Positions 9,362 through 18,869 of a DNA stretch of 64,000 nucleotides are shown piece after piece. The stretch is from Candidatus Deferrimicrobiaceae bacterium (GTDB lineage: Bacteria > Desulfobacterota > Deferrimicrobia > Deferrimicrobiales > Deferrimicrobiaceae). A program made the position numbers and the translations under genes. The stretch covers positions 256,001 to 320,000 of the forward strand of contig CAWBVY010000004.1 in NCBI GenBank assembly GCA_963792415.1, read 5' to 3'. Each line of letters begins with the position of its first letter. The stretch's first letter is position 1. Below the pieces are notes generated by a model. The model was given only the letters and a program-made list of their open reading frames with translations, was not told the DNA's origin and made no database searches.

Positions 9362-10314
9362 GGAACCGGCATCTCATCCTTCTCGTGTCGATTCTCCTCG
9401 CGACGTTCCTCGTGGCCGGCTGCGGCAGCCACCGCCAGATGACCCAGGGAGAAGCCGACCAGTTCCAAGTCATCTCGACCAAGATCGCCATGGCGGAGAA
9501 TATGACGCCCAGGAGCGCCAAGGAATGCGTGCCCAAGGAACTGGCCTACGCAAAGGCGGAACTGGATAGCGCCCGTCACGAAACGATCGAGTCCTGGGAA
9601 ACTGCTTCAGCGGAAATCGCCAAGGCGGCCAAGGCCGCCGATGATGTCGTTGCCAAGACGGTAGCGTGTCAGCTTCCCACCGTGGATTTTGCGGCGAACC
9701 CGGACACGATTGCCCCCGGACAGTGCTCGACCCTGACGTGGACGATGGAATACGCGAAAGAGGGGTTGTGGGGCGCCGACAAAAAGCCGGAAAAACTCCC
9801 GACGAAAGGGTCCAAGGAAGTGTGCCCCAAGGAAACGACGGATTACCAGGTCGGGGCGAGCGGTCCCGGAGGGACCACGTATGCAGTCGCCACCGTCACG
9901 GTAAAGGCTCCTCCTCGTCCTCCTCCTCCTCCGATGGCCGCAGCGCCGGTGGTGGTTCCCGCCGCCGCTCCCAAGGCGGCCGAGATGGCCCTTCGCGTCA
10001 ACTTCGACACGGACAAATCCGCCATCCGGCCGGCGGACCTCGCGGAGCTGCAGAAGGGGGTCGAGTTCGTGAAGCAGAACCCGGACGCCAAGCTCCACAT
10101 TGTGGGATACACGGACTCCCGTGGAAACGCCAAATACAACCAGAAGCTGTCCGAGAGGAGAGCGGAGGCCGTGAAGAAGTATCTCGAGGGCGAGGTCACC
10201 ATTGCACCCGAGAAGATCACCTCGGAGGGGAGAGGGGAAGCCGATCCCGTCGGGGACAACAAGACGAAGGAAGGCCAGTTCCAGAACCGGAGAGTGGTGA
10301 TTACGATCAAGTAA
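9358..10314 (+). CDS. OmpA-family peptidoglycan-binding lipoprotein (helical domain, Ig/PKD-like domain, Pro/Ala linker, OmpA C-domain)
   Basis: Lipobox LVAGC; VNFDTDKS, GYTDSRG, NQKLSERRAEAV, NRRV. Confidence 0.88.
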   Translation: MRNRHLILLVSILLATFLVAGCGSHRQMTQGEADQFQVISTKIAMAENMTPRSAKECVPKELAYAKAELDSARHETIESWETASAEIAKAAKAADDVVAKTVACQLPTVDFAANPDTIAPGQCSTLTWTMEYAKEGLWGADKKPEKLPTKGSKEVCPKETTDYQVGASGPGGTTYAVATVTVKAPPRPPPPPMAAAPVVVPAAAPKAAEMALRVNFDTDKSAIRPADLAELQKGVEFVKQNPDAKLHIVGYTDSRGNAKYNQKLSERRAEAVKKYLEGEVTIAPEKITSEGRGEADPVGDNKTKEGQFQNRRVVITIK

Positions 10315-10348
10315 CGAGTAACGGATCGGCGCAACGATCCGGCTGTTT

Positions 10349-10398
10349 CCGGCACGGCGTATTCCAGAGGATGGGAGTGCGCCGTGCCGGTTTTATTT
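10349..10398 (+). terminator. Intrinsic terminator after the OmpA gene
   Basis: CCGGCACGGCG...CGCCGTGCCGG stem followed by TTTTATTT. Confidence 0.75.
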
Positions 10399-10436
10399 CA
10401 TGGAGGAGGCGGGAAGTTCGAGGACACGGACGGGTT

Positions 10437-10465
10437 TCGACCCCTCCGGGGTGAAGGTATATAAT
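10437..10465 (+). promoter_or_regulatory. Putative sigma70 promoter
   Basis: TCGACC-N17-TATAAT upstream of 10521 CDS. Confidence 0.5.
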
Positions 10466-10520
10466 GTATGCAAAAGGGGCGAGGCGCGAACAGGGACCTA
10501 CGGGACCGGGGAGGTGCGTC

Positions 10521-10730
10521 ATGCCGACCATGAAGGAGATCCGAGACATCGCGCGGCAGTTGGGAATACGCTCGACCCGGATGGAGAAGGCCGAGCTTAT
10601 CCGGGCCATCCAGCGGGCGGAGGGGAATTTCGACTGCTTCGGGACGGCGGCCGAGGAGGAGTGCAGCCAGGAGGAGTGCCTCTGGCGGGAAGAGTGCTTC
10701 CGGGAGTACGTCGCCGAGGAAATCCGCTGA
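10521..10730 (+). CDS. Small Rho-N/SAP-like helix-extension-helix protein with 4-Cys tail
   Basis: GGAGG RBS; MKEIRDIARQLGI..KAELIRAIQRAEGNFDCFGT..C..CLWREEC. Confidence 0.75.
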   Translation: MPTMKEIRDIARQLGIRSTRMEKAELIRAIQRAEGNFDCFGTAAEEECSQEECLWREECFREYVAEEIR

Positions 10731-10824
10731 TCCTCACCGGAAAGGAACCCCGACGCATTTCCAATGATGGGCAAGGGGACGCCGACCTTGCCCGTTTTTT
10801 GCTTGGAACGCCCGGGACCGCAGG

Positions 10825-11448
10825 TCAGGGGGAGGAAACCGTCCGGGCCAGGAGATAGAGGCCAAAGGCAAGGAGAGCGGCCCCCGTCACCCGGTTCGTG
10901 ACTCGCATCGACGGGAGCACGCCGCGGGAAGAGATCCAGCCCACGCCCAGGGAGAGGAGTAGCCACCAGGAAGCCGACCCCAGAAAAACACCGGAGGCCA
11001 GGAGAAGGGCCGTCACCGTCCCGCCCCCGGGGCCGGGAAGGCCGGCGCCGGAGAATACCGCGGCGATGGTGATCATCGTGACGGGGCTGGACAGCGACAG
11101 CAGGAGCGTCGAGGCGTACGCACCCGCGCGCCCATGCCCCGTCGGTTCGGCCGGCCGGTCGACGGGGCGGGAAAAGAGAATTCGCGCGCCGAGGAGGCAA
11201 AGGAAGAACCCGGCGACGGCCCGCAACAGGTGGTGGTGGGTGGAGACGGTCCCGGAGACGATGGACAGACCCAGCGCCGCCGCCAGGGCGTACGTTCCAT
11301 GGGCCGTCGCGGCTCCGAGGCCGGAGAGGAAAGCGGTGGCCCTCCCCGAGGAGATCCCCCGATGGATGCAGAGGAGGCCCACCGGCCCCACCGGCGCGGC
11401 GATCGCCGCGCCGGCGAGAAATCCTTTCGCGATCGCCCCGATGTCCAT
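10825..11448 (-). CDS. LysE-family exporter
   Basis: GFLAGAAIAAPVGPVGLLCI, GLGAATA, GVFLGSASWW; multiple TM segments. Confidence 0.85.
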   Translation of the reverse strand: MDIGAIAKGFLAGAAIAAPVGPVGLLCIHRGISSGRATAFLSGLGAATAHGTYALAAALGLSIVSGTVSTHHHLLRAVAGFFLCLLGARILFSRPVDRPAEPTGHGRAGAYASTLLLSLSSPVTMITIAAVFSGAGLPGPGGGTVTALLLASGVFLGSASWWLLLSLGVGWISSRGVLPSMRVTNRVTGAALLAFGLYLLARTVSSP

Positions 11449-11570
11449 CCCGTCCCCCCACCGTCCTTCACGCCGGCGGTTCCCACCGATCGGCGCCCTT
11501 TCGCCCCGGGCAGAAGGTAGAATATCCTCAATCAGGTCATTCCGGGACACTTCGGATCAGGGGGTACGCC

Positions 11571-12320
11571 ATGCACATGAAGGGAAAGGTTGCCGTGGTC
11601 ACGGGGGCGAGCCGCGGAATCGGGGCGGCGGCCGCGAAGCGCCTCGCGCAGCATGGCGCGGCGGTGGTGGTGAACTATTTTCAGAGCGAGACGGCCGCGG
11701 GGGAAGTGGTCGCGGCGATCCGGGAGATCGGCGGGACGGCGATCGCCATCAAGGCGGACGTCCGGGACGCGTCGCAGTGCGAGGCGATGGCGGACGAGGC
11801 GAAACGGAAGCTCGGGCCGGTCGACGTGCTCGTGCTGAACGCCTCGATCTCCTTCCCCGTCGTCCCCTTCCTCAAGTTCCCGTGGCCCGAGTTCGAGGCG
11901 AAGCTCACCGGGGAGCTCAAGGCCGCCTTCTTCTGCTGCAAGGCGTTCGTGCCGGGGATGGTGGAGCGCCGCAAGGGATCGATCGTCGCGATCAGCAGCG
12001 GGCTCTCCCGGCACCCGGGAGAGGGGTTCTGCGCGCACAGCACAGCGAAGTCCGGTCTTGACGCCTTCGTGAAGTCGCTCGCCCTCGAACTGGGTCCGAG
12101 CGGCATCCGGGTGAACGTGGTCGCCCCGGGGCTCACCTTGACCGACGCGACATCGTTTCTTTCGCAGAAGGACAAGGACGGGACGGCGCAGATGACGCCG
12201 CTGCGGCGGAACGGCCTCCCGGAGGACGTGGCGGGGGCGGTCCTCTTCTTCGCCTCGGAGGAGGCGCGCTTCATCACGGGCGCGTACCTGCCGGTTTCCG
12301 GCGGGATCCAGATGCCATGA
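11571..12320 (+). CDS. SDR-family oxidoreductase
   Basis: TGASRGIG Rossmann motif, LNAS, IRVNVVAPG. Confidence 0.9.
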   Translation: MHMKGKVAVVTGASRGIGAAAAKRLAQHGAAVVVNYFQSETAAGEVVAAIREIGGTAIAIKADVRDASQCEAMADEAKRKLGPVDVLVLNASISFPVVPFLKFPWPEFEAKLTGELKAAFFCCKAFVPGMVERRKGSIVAISSGLSRHPGEGFCAHSTAKSGLDAFVKSLALELGPSGIRVNVVAPGLTLTDATSFLSQKDKDGTAQMTPLRRNGLPEDVAGAVLFFASEEARFITGAYLPVSGGIQMP

Positions 12321-13195
12321 AGACGGAAGCGCCCTGGGAAGGTGCGCTTCGGCGCCTCGAAGGGATCCTGGCGCGCGTCGAGGCGCTCCTCGGGAAGCGG
12401 GAGGCGTCCCCGACCGACCCGGCGATCTTCCGGTCCCACCGCGCGTTCCGGTGGGAGCGCGCGGGGGAGAGCGGGCGGATCGTGCCGATCCCGCATCCGC
12501 AAGGGGTGGATCTCGCCGCGCTCGTCGGAATCGACCGTGCGAAGAAGGAGCTGCTCCGGAACACGGAGCAGTTCGTTTCCGGGCGGGGGGCGAACCACGT
12601 TCTCCTGTGGGGGGAGCGCGGCACCGGGAAGTCGTCGTGCGTGAAGGGGCTTCTCCCCGTCTTCGGTCCGCGGGGACTCCGGATCGTCGAGCTCGCCCGG
12701 TGGGACCTGTTCTCCTTCCCGAAGATCGTCGGTCAGCTGCGGGACCTGCCGTTCCGGTTCCTCCTCTACTGCGACGATCTGTCGTTCGACGAGGGGGAGG
12801 CCGACTACCGGGGGCTCAAGACGCTTCTGGACGGCGGCGTGGAGGAGCGCCCGGAGAACGTGCTGATCTACGCCACCTCGAACCGGCGGCACCTGATGCC
12901 CGAGCGCCGGGTCGAGCTGGGCGCGGAGGACGAGATCCACCCGGAAGAGGCGGTCGGGGAGAAGCTCTCTCTCTCCGACCGGTTCGGCCTGCAGCTCGGG
13001 TTCTACCGGTTCGACCAGGAGACGTACCTCGCCGTCGTCGAATCGTACGCGGGGAGGATGCGCCTCCCCGTCGATCCGGAGAGGCTCCGGGAGGACGCGC
13101 TGCGGTGGGCGCTCGCCGCAGGCTCCCGCAGCGGGCGGACGGCAAGGCAGTTCATCGACGACCTCGCGGGCCGCCTCGGGACGCGATCTTCGTGA
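12317..13195 (+). CDS. DUF815-family AAA+ ATPase
   Basis: NHVLLWGERGTGKSS, CDDLSFDE, YATSNRRHLMPE, EKLSLSDRFG, SGRTARQF. Confidence 0.88.
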   Translation: MKTEAPWEGALRRLEGILARVEALLGKREASPTDPAIFRSHRAFRWERAGESGRIVPIPHPQGVDLAALVGIDRAKKELLRNTEQFVSGRGANHVLLWGERGTGKSSCVKGLLPVFGPRGLRIVELARWDLFSFPKIVGQLRDLPFRFLLYCDDLSFDEGEADYRGLKTLLDGGVEERPENVLIYATSNRRHLMPERRVELGAEDEIHPEEAVGEKLSLSDRFGLQLGFYRFDQETYLAVVESYAGRMRLPVDPERLREDALRWALAAGSRSGRTARQFIDDLAGRLGTRSS

Positions 13196-13267
13196 TCCGT
13201 GGCGTGATCGAGCCGGTTCTCCATCTTCCCATCGCAGGGAAGCCGTGATAAGAAAGAACGGTGACCC

Positions 13268-13320
13268 GGCGATGGAGTTCGCCGTGAACCGCCTCGCCTT
13301 GCGAGGCTGATGACTCCTAC
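13268..13320 (+). ncRNA. Fluoride (crcB) riboswitch aptamer
   Basis: GGCGATGGAGTTCGCC...AACCGC...GCTGATGACTCCTAC consensus directly upstream of crcB. Confidence 0.93.
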
Positions 13321-13349
13321 CCGACACCCGTGGGGAAGGAGTTTTTTTT
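13314..13349 (+). terminator. Riboswitch expression-platform terminator
   Basis: CTCCT...AGGAG stem overlapping aptamer 3' end, followed by T8. Confidence 0.7.
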
Positions 13350-13386
13350 ATCCCCTCGACATTTACGGTTCCGGAGGGTTCCACCA

Positions 13387-13761
13387 ATGACCGTCGTTCT
13401 GTATATCGCCCTCTTCGGCGCGCTGGGGTGCCTCGCGCGCTACTTTCTCTCCGGCTGGGTGTACGACCTGATCGGCAGCATGCTGCCGTACGGCACCCTC
13501 GCCGTCAACGCGATCGGCGCGTTCCTGATCGGGCTGGTCATGGAGTTCGGCCTGCGGAGCACCACCGTTTCCCCCGAGCTGCGGATCGGCCTGACGATCG
13601 GCTTCCTCGGCGGTTTCACCACCTTCTCGACCTTCAGCTACGAGACGTTCCGCCTGCTCGAGAGCGCCCAGCTGCCGCAGGCTCTGGGGAACGTTCTCCT
13701 GAGCGTCACCGCCTGCCTGGCGTTCACGTTTCTCGGGATCGTCGCCGCGCGCCACCTGTAA
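13387..13761 (+). CDS. crcB: Fluoride channel CrcB/Fluc
   Basis: GALGCLARY, PYGTLAVN, GFLGGFTTFSTFSYE; GGAGG RBS. Confidence 0.96.
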   Translation: MTVVLYIALFGALGCLARYFLSGWVYDLIGSMLPYGTLAVNAIGAFLIGLVMEFGLRSTTVSPELRIGLTIGFLGGFTTFSTFSYETFRLLESAQLPQALGNVLLSVTACLAFTFLGIVAARHL

Positions 13762-13786
13762 GCAGAGGCCGTATAGGAGGAGGGAG

Positions 13787-14131
13787 ATGCGGAACTTCGT
13801 CGGCGAGAATGTCCTGATGCGGATCTTCATCGGGGAGGGGGACAAGTTCGGCGGCCGCCCCCTGCACGAAGCGCTGGTGGAACTCTTGAGGAAAGATGGA
13901 TTCCACGGCGCGACGGTGCTTCGCGGAGTCGCGGGGTTCGGGGCGCACAGCGTGTACCACACCGAGAAGATTCTCCGCCTGTCGCGCGACCTCCCGATCA
14001 TCGTCGAGGTGGTGGACACGCAGGAGAACGTCGACCGGGTCATGCCGAGACTCGACGAGATGATCGAAGGCGGCATGATCACCCTCGAGAAGATCAAGGT
14101 GATGCGGTACACCCACAGGCATGCGGAGTAG
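13787..14131 (+). CDS. DUF190 (PII-like) protein
   Basis: RIFIGEGDK, GATVLRGVAGFG, LSRDLPIIVEVVD; usual crcB neighbour. Confidence 0.9.
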   Translation: MRNFVGENVLMRIFIGEGDKFGGRPLHEALVELLRKDGFHGATVLRGVAGFGAHSVYHTEKILRLSRDLPIIVEVVDTQENVDRVMPRLDEMIEGGMITLEKIKVMRYTHRHAE

Positions 14132-14167
14132 GGGCGAATCGTAGCCTCGCAGGGAGGATTCCCGGGG

Positions 14168-15808
14168 ATGGACCTGTCCGGAACCGTCGCCCGCGTCGGG
14201 GCGATCTGCCGGCGTTTCAGGGTCGACTCCCTGATGCCGCAGCTTGCGGCGTGCGAGGAGCTCCTGGGCGGAGGCGGTCTGGTGGACGTGGCCGTGCTCG
14301 GGCAGTTCAAGGCGGGGAAGAGCTCGTTCCTCAACGGCCTGATCGGCGCCCCCGTCCTTCCGGTCGACGTTCTGCCGTCGACCGCCGTGGTCACCCGGAT
14401 CGGGTATGGCCCAAGGGAGCGGGTCACGGTCCACGACTCCGCGGGGGAGCGGATCGAGGTCCCGCCCCGCAGGCTGGCGGAGTTCGTTACCGAGCGGGGG
14501 AACCCCGCGAACGAAAAGCGGGTGGCGGTGGTCGACGTGGATCTTCCCTCCCTCGCACAGTACGAGGGGATCCGGTTCGTCGACACGCCGGGGATGGGCA
14601 GCGTCTTCGCCCACAACACGCGGGTGTCGAAAGAGTGGATGCCCCGCGTCGGGGCGGTCCTCGTCGCCGTCAGCGTCAACCATCCTCTGTCCGGCGATGA
14701 CCTGCTCCTCCTCAACGACGTGTCCGCCCACACCCCGGAGGCGGTCCTCCTGCTGACGAAGGCGGACCTGTTGTCGGGGGAAGAGCTCGCCTCCGTGATC
14801 GGATTCACCCGGAGCCAGACGACCTCCCGGACGGGGAAGGAGTGGAGGATTTTCCCGGTTTCCAATCGCCCCGGCTTCGAGGGGATGCGCGGGGAAGTGG
14901 CGGAGTACCTGCGGGAGCGGATCGCGGGGCGGCGGGAGGAGGCGTTCGGGGAGATCGCGCGTCACAAGGTCCATGCGCTGGTCGCCGGGTGCCGGAACTA
15001 CCTGCTCCTGGCGGAACGCGCGGCGGAGGCCGCCGATGCCGCCCGGTCCGACCTCGCCGCGGCGATGGCGCGCGAGCGGCGCGACTTCGGCTCCGTGAAG
15101 GGGGAGATCCGGCTCCTCTGCAACCACCTCCAGGCCGAGGTGCGAACCGCTGCAGACGAGCGGTTTTACGCTTACCACGGCGAAGTGACGGCACGGGTAT
15201 CCGCGAATCTCCGGGAGGCGATGGAGGGGTGGGAAGGGCACCTTGGACGGGTGACCCGGGAGTTCGAGGGGTGGCTTGGAGACGCGATGATGGAGGAGAT
15301 GGGGGCGATCTCCCTGCACGGCGAAGGGCATCTCGCGGGGTTTCTCTTCAGGGCGCAGGCGAGCGTCGAGCGGTCGGTGCGGGCCTTCGCGGACCGGCTG
15401 GCGAGGGAGATCGAGCGCGCCCTCGGGATCCGATTCGACGGGGCCCGGTTCGATCCGCGGGTCGAAGAGCCGGCCCACCCCGACGTCCGCCTCTCCCCCA
15501 CGTTCGACACCCATTTCGAACTGCTCTGGTTCCTCGTTCCGATGGGGCTCTTCCGGCCGCTGGTCCGCAGGCATTTCCTGCGCAGGGTCCCGTGGGAGGT
15601 CGAGAAGAACCTCTCCCGCGTGGCGGCCCAGTGGGCCGACGCCGTGGCCGCTTCGATCGACGGTCTGTTCCGGGACGCGACGACGTTTCTCGAGCGCGAG
15701 GTCGAAACCATTGCGGGGCTGGTTGGCGAAGCCGACGCGGGGACCCGGCGCGAGGAGATCCGGGCCGCGCTTCAGGAGCTTTCCGCCCTCGAATCTGCGG
15801 TATCCTGA
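14168..15808 (+). CDS. Bacterial dynamin-like GTPase
   Basis: G1 GQFKAGKSS, G2 PSTA, G3 DTPG, G4 TKAD; helical C-half with hydrophobic FELLWFLVPMGLF. Confidence 0.85.
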   Translation: MDLSGTVARVGAICRRFRVDSLMPQLAACEELLGGGGLVDVAVLGQFKAGKSSFLNGLIGAPVLPVDVLPSTAVVTRIGYGPRERVTVHDSAGERIEVPPRRLAEFVTERGNPANEKRVAVVDVDLPSLAQYEGIRFVDTPGMGSVFAHNTRVSKEWMPRVGAVLVAVSVNHPLSGDDLLLLNDVSAHTPEAVLLLTKADLLSGEELASVIGFTRSQTTSRTGKEWRIFPVSNRPGFEGMRGEVAEYLRERIAGRREEAFGEIARHKVHALVAGCRNYLLLAERAAEAADAARSDLAAAMARERRDFGSVKGEIRLLCNHLQAEVRTAADERFYAYHGEVTARVSANLREAMEGWEGHLGRVTREFEGWLGDAMMEEMGAISLHGEGHLAGFLFRAQASVERSVRAFADRLAREIERALGIRFDGARFDPRVEEPAHPDVRLSPTFDTHFELLWFLVPMGLFRPLVRRHFLRRVPWEVEKNLSRVAAQWADAVAASIDGLFRDATTFLEREVETIAGLVGEADAGTRREEIRAALQELSALESAVS

Positions 15809-15847
15809 TAACTTGATGGACGACACCAGACCACAAGGAGGATTCCA

Positions 15848-17518
15848 GTGCGCTCAGACGTCATAAAGAAGGGATTCGAGCGGGCGCCCCACCGCAGCCT
15901 GTTGAAGGCCACCGGCGTCACCGACGCCGACATGGGGAAGCCGTTCATCGCCATCTGCAACTCGTTCGTCGAGATCATCCCCGGCCACGTGCACCTGAAC
16001 CGGGTCGGACGGTACGTGAAGGAGTGCATCCGGGAGGCGGGCGGCGTCGCCTTCGAGTTCAACACGATCGGCGTGGACGACGGGATCGCCATGGGGCACA
16101 GCGGGATGCTCTACTCCCTTCCGTCGCGCGAGATCATCGCGGATTCCGTCGAGACGATGCTCAAGGCCCACTGCTTCGACGGGATGATCTGCATCCCGAA
16201 CTGCGACAAGATCGTCCCCGGCATGCTGATGGCGGCGATGCGGTGCAACATCCCGACGATCTTCGTCTCCGGCGGGCCGATGAAGGCGGGGGTGACGAAG
16301 GAAGGGCGGGTCGTAGACCTCATCACCGTCTTCGAGGGGGTGGGGGCGCACAAGCTCGGGAACCTCTCCGACGAGGGGCTCAAGGAGCTCGAGGACACCG
16401 GGTGCCCCACCTGCGGAAGCTGCTCCGGCATGTTCACGGCGAACTCGATGAACTGCCTGTGCGAGGCGCTCGGGATGGCGCTTCCGGGGAACGGGTCGGT
16501 GCTCGCGGTCGACACGAAACGGGATGAACTTTACCGCGCGGCGGCGTTCCGCCTGATGGACATGGTGCGCAAGGACGTGAAGCCGCGCGACATCGCGACG
16601 CTCGACGCCTTCGACAACGCGCTGGCGCTCGACATGGCGATGGGCGGCTCCACGAACACGATCCTCCACACCCTGGCGATCGCCCATGAAGCGGGGGTCC
16701 CGTTCGACCTGGCGCGGATCGACGCGATCTCCCGGAAGACGCCCACGCTGTGCAAGGTGTCGCCGTCGTCCCAGTACCACATGGAGGACGTGGACCGCGC
16801 GGGGGGGATCACGGCGATCCTTTCGGAGCTGTTCAAGGTGCCGGGGCTCATGAAGCGGGGCTGCCTCACCGTGACGGGGAAGACCCTCGAGGAGAACGTG
16901 GCAAAGGCGGGGTCGCAGGACCCGGCGGTCATCCGGCCCCTTTCCGACGCGTACAGCAAGGAAGGGGGGCTCGCGGTCCTCTACGGTAACCTCGCGACCG
17001 AAGGCGCGGTCGTCAAGGCCGCCGGGGTCGATCCGAAGATGCTCGTCTTCGAGGGGTCCGCCGTGATCTTCGAGTCGCAGGACGAGGCGTGCGAGGGGAT
17101 CCTCGCGGGGAAGGTGAAGGGGGGCGACTTCGTCGTCATCCGGTACGAAGGGCCCAAAGGCGGACCCGGGATGCAGGAGATGCTCGCGCCGACGTCGTAC
17201 ATCATGGGCGAGGGGCTCGGCGACAAGGTGGCGATGGTCACCGACGGGCGCTTCTCCGGGGGGACGCGCGGGGCGGTCATCGGGCACGTCTCCCCCGAGG
17301 CGGCCGCCGGGGGGACGATCGCCCTGGTCCGGAACGGGGACCGGATCCGCCTCGACATCCCGGCGCGGAAGCTGGAACTGGTGGTCCCGGAAGCGGAACT
17401 TGCCGAACGGCGCGCGAAATGGCGTCTTCCCGCCAAGGTGAAATCAACGGGTTCTCTCGGGAAGTACGCCGCGATGGCGACCAGCGCGAGCACCGGCGCG
17501 ATCCTGAGATGGGGATGA
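15848..17518 (+). CDS. ilvD: Dihydroxy-acid dehydratase
   Basis: [47 protein letters not shown]. Confidence 0.97.
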   Translation: MRSDVIKKGFERAPHRSLLKATGVTDADMGKPFIAICNSFVEIIPGHVHLNRVGRYVKECIREAGGVAFEFNTIGVDDGIAMGHSGMLYSLPSREIIADSVETMLKAHCFDGMICIPNCDKIVPGMLMAAMRCNIPTIFVSGGPMKAGVTKEGRVVDLITVFEGVGAHKLGNLSDEGLKELEDTGCPTCGSCSGMFTANSMNCLCEALGMALPGNGSVLAVDTKRDELYRAAAFRLMDMVRKDVKPRDIATLDAFDNALALDMAMGGSTNTILHTLAIAHEAGVPFDLARIDAISRKTPTLCKVSPSSQYHMEDVDRAGGITAILSELFKVPGLMKRGCLTVTGKTLEENVAKAGSQDPAVIRPLSDAYSKEGGLAVLYGNLATEGAVVKAAGVDPKMLVFEGSAVIFESQDEACEGILAGKVKGGDFVVIRYEGPKGGPGMQEMLAPTSYIMGEGLGDKVAMVTDGRFSGGTRGAVIGHVSPEAAAGGTIALVRNGDRIRLDIPARKLELVVPEAELAERRAKWRLPAKVKSTGSLGKYAAMATSASTGAILRWG

Positions 17519-17654
17519 TCCCGTATCGCAAACGGTGAACCGGGAAGAATCCCGGAACCGACTGAAGAAAGGAGGAGAAAACGGCGATAAGCACGGGAAA
17601 TACGCCCTCTTCGTGCCAGTCTTTCGGCCGGGGAAAGAAAAGGGGGATGTCCGG

Positions 17655-18620
17655 ATGAATCGTGGGGCGCGGATCGTTACGGTTCTATTGGCTCTGGTGG
17701 CACTGTCGCTTTCCTCGTGCGGAGGTGGCGGGGGAGGGGGGAGCAGCGCGTCCCCCTACACCGGACTGGCCACCCCCGCCGTGATCACCACGTCCAACGC
17801 CGACGACATCGCAAGGCAGGCGTTCCAGGGAGGCGACCTCGGGGCGAACGTGACCCTCGCCCCGGCACATTCCGACATGGCGTCCCCGATGGCGGCGAGG
17901 CCGGCCGCCCTTACCCTCGTTCAGATTCTGACGAAAGCATCCACCGCCGCGCTCCTGGCCCCATCCTCCGCCCCGGCGCCGGCGCCGGCGCCGCGGGCGG
18001 TCGTCACGATCGATAATACCGAAACGGACGGGATGGGTGGAAGCGCCCGTTTCATTTTGTCTGTGAACGATGAGACGGGAGCGTTCACCGGGACGATCGT
18101 GTTCACGAACTTCCACGGGGATGGCGGCGGCGCGATCAACGGAACCGTTGCCGTGTCGGGCGTCGTCTACAGTGACGACTATATCGAGATCCACATCGAC
18201 TTCCGATCGGTCAGGGTCGTGGACGGCACGACCGACGTCACCGCCCAAGGCGCCGTGTACCTCACCTCCGGAACCGGCGGGGGACAAGCAACCCTCAACC
18301 TCTGCTTCACCGACAACGGGACCGGGAAAGGCGTCTTGCTTTCGGACTACACGGTGGCCGTGACGGACCTCGGGGGCGCCACCGATGTCCGGGTGTCCGG
18401 ACGCATCTACCTGCACGATTACGGGTACGTGGACGTCTGGACGGAGGCGCCGTTCCTCTATCCGGCCCTGTCCACCCAGCCGACGAGCGGGGCCATCACG
18501 CTGACAGGGGACAACAACTGCCGGGCGAGATTGACCGTGGTGGATGCGGCCACGTACACGGTCGAGCTCGACGCCGACGGGAATGGATCGTACGAATGGT
18601 CCGTCACCCACAGCTGGTAG
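17655..18620 (+). CDS. Hypothetical beta-rich lipoprotein
   Basis: Lipobox LSSC followed by poly-Gly; Thr/Gly/Val-rich beta-strand pattern. Confidence 0.7.
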   Translation: MNRGARIVTVLLALVALSLSSCGGGGGGGSSASPYTGLATPAVITTSNADDIARQAFQGGDLGANVTLAPAHSDMASPMAARPAALTLVQILTKASTAALLAPSSAPAPAPAPRAVVTIDNTETDGMGGSARFILSVNDETGAFTGTIVFTNFHGDGGGAINGTVAVSGVVYSDDYIEIHIDFRSVRVVDGTTDVTAQGAVYLTSGTGGGQATLNLCFTDNGTGKGVLLSDYTVAVTDLGGATDVRVSGRIYLHDYGYVDVWTEAPFLYPALSTQPTSGAITLTGDNNCRARLTVVDAATYTVELDADGNGSYEWSVTHSW

Positions 18621-18760
18621 CCCGACGGCGAAAGCGATAACGATGGGCTGATCCCGTCGAAGATTTCGCCCCCGTGGAGGGGGGCCGGAGGCGGCGCGCT
18701 CCGGCCCCTCCCGGGCCCCTTCGGAACCATTCATAACCGTCCGTATTTATTATATATTCC

Positions 18761-18793
18761 TTGACACGACGATCCCGACAACTGTGATAGAAT
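18761..18793 (+). promoter_or_regulatory. Putative gyrA promoter
   Basis: TTGACA at 18761 and extended -10 TGnTAGAAT at 18785-18793 (non-canonical spacing), AT-rich tract upstream. Confidence 0.45.
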
Positions 18794-18869
18794 GACTCAT
18801 TTGCACGGATAGGCGCGCGGCGATCCCGCCGCATCGATCCGGATCCTTCGAAGGAGCACCCGAATCCCC

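Noticed and set aside
10410-10450. GTTCGA/TTTCGA motifs resembling a tRNA T-loop
   Set aside because: No cloverleaf or acceptor stem; overlaps a promoter-like sequence
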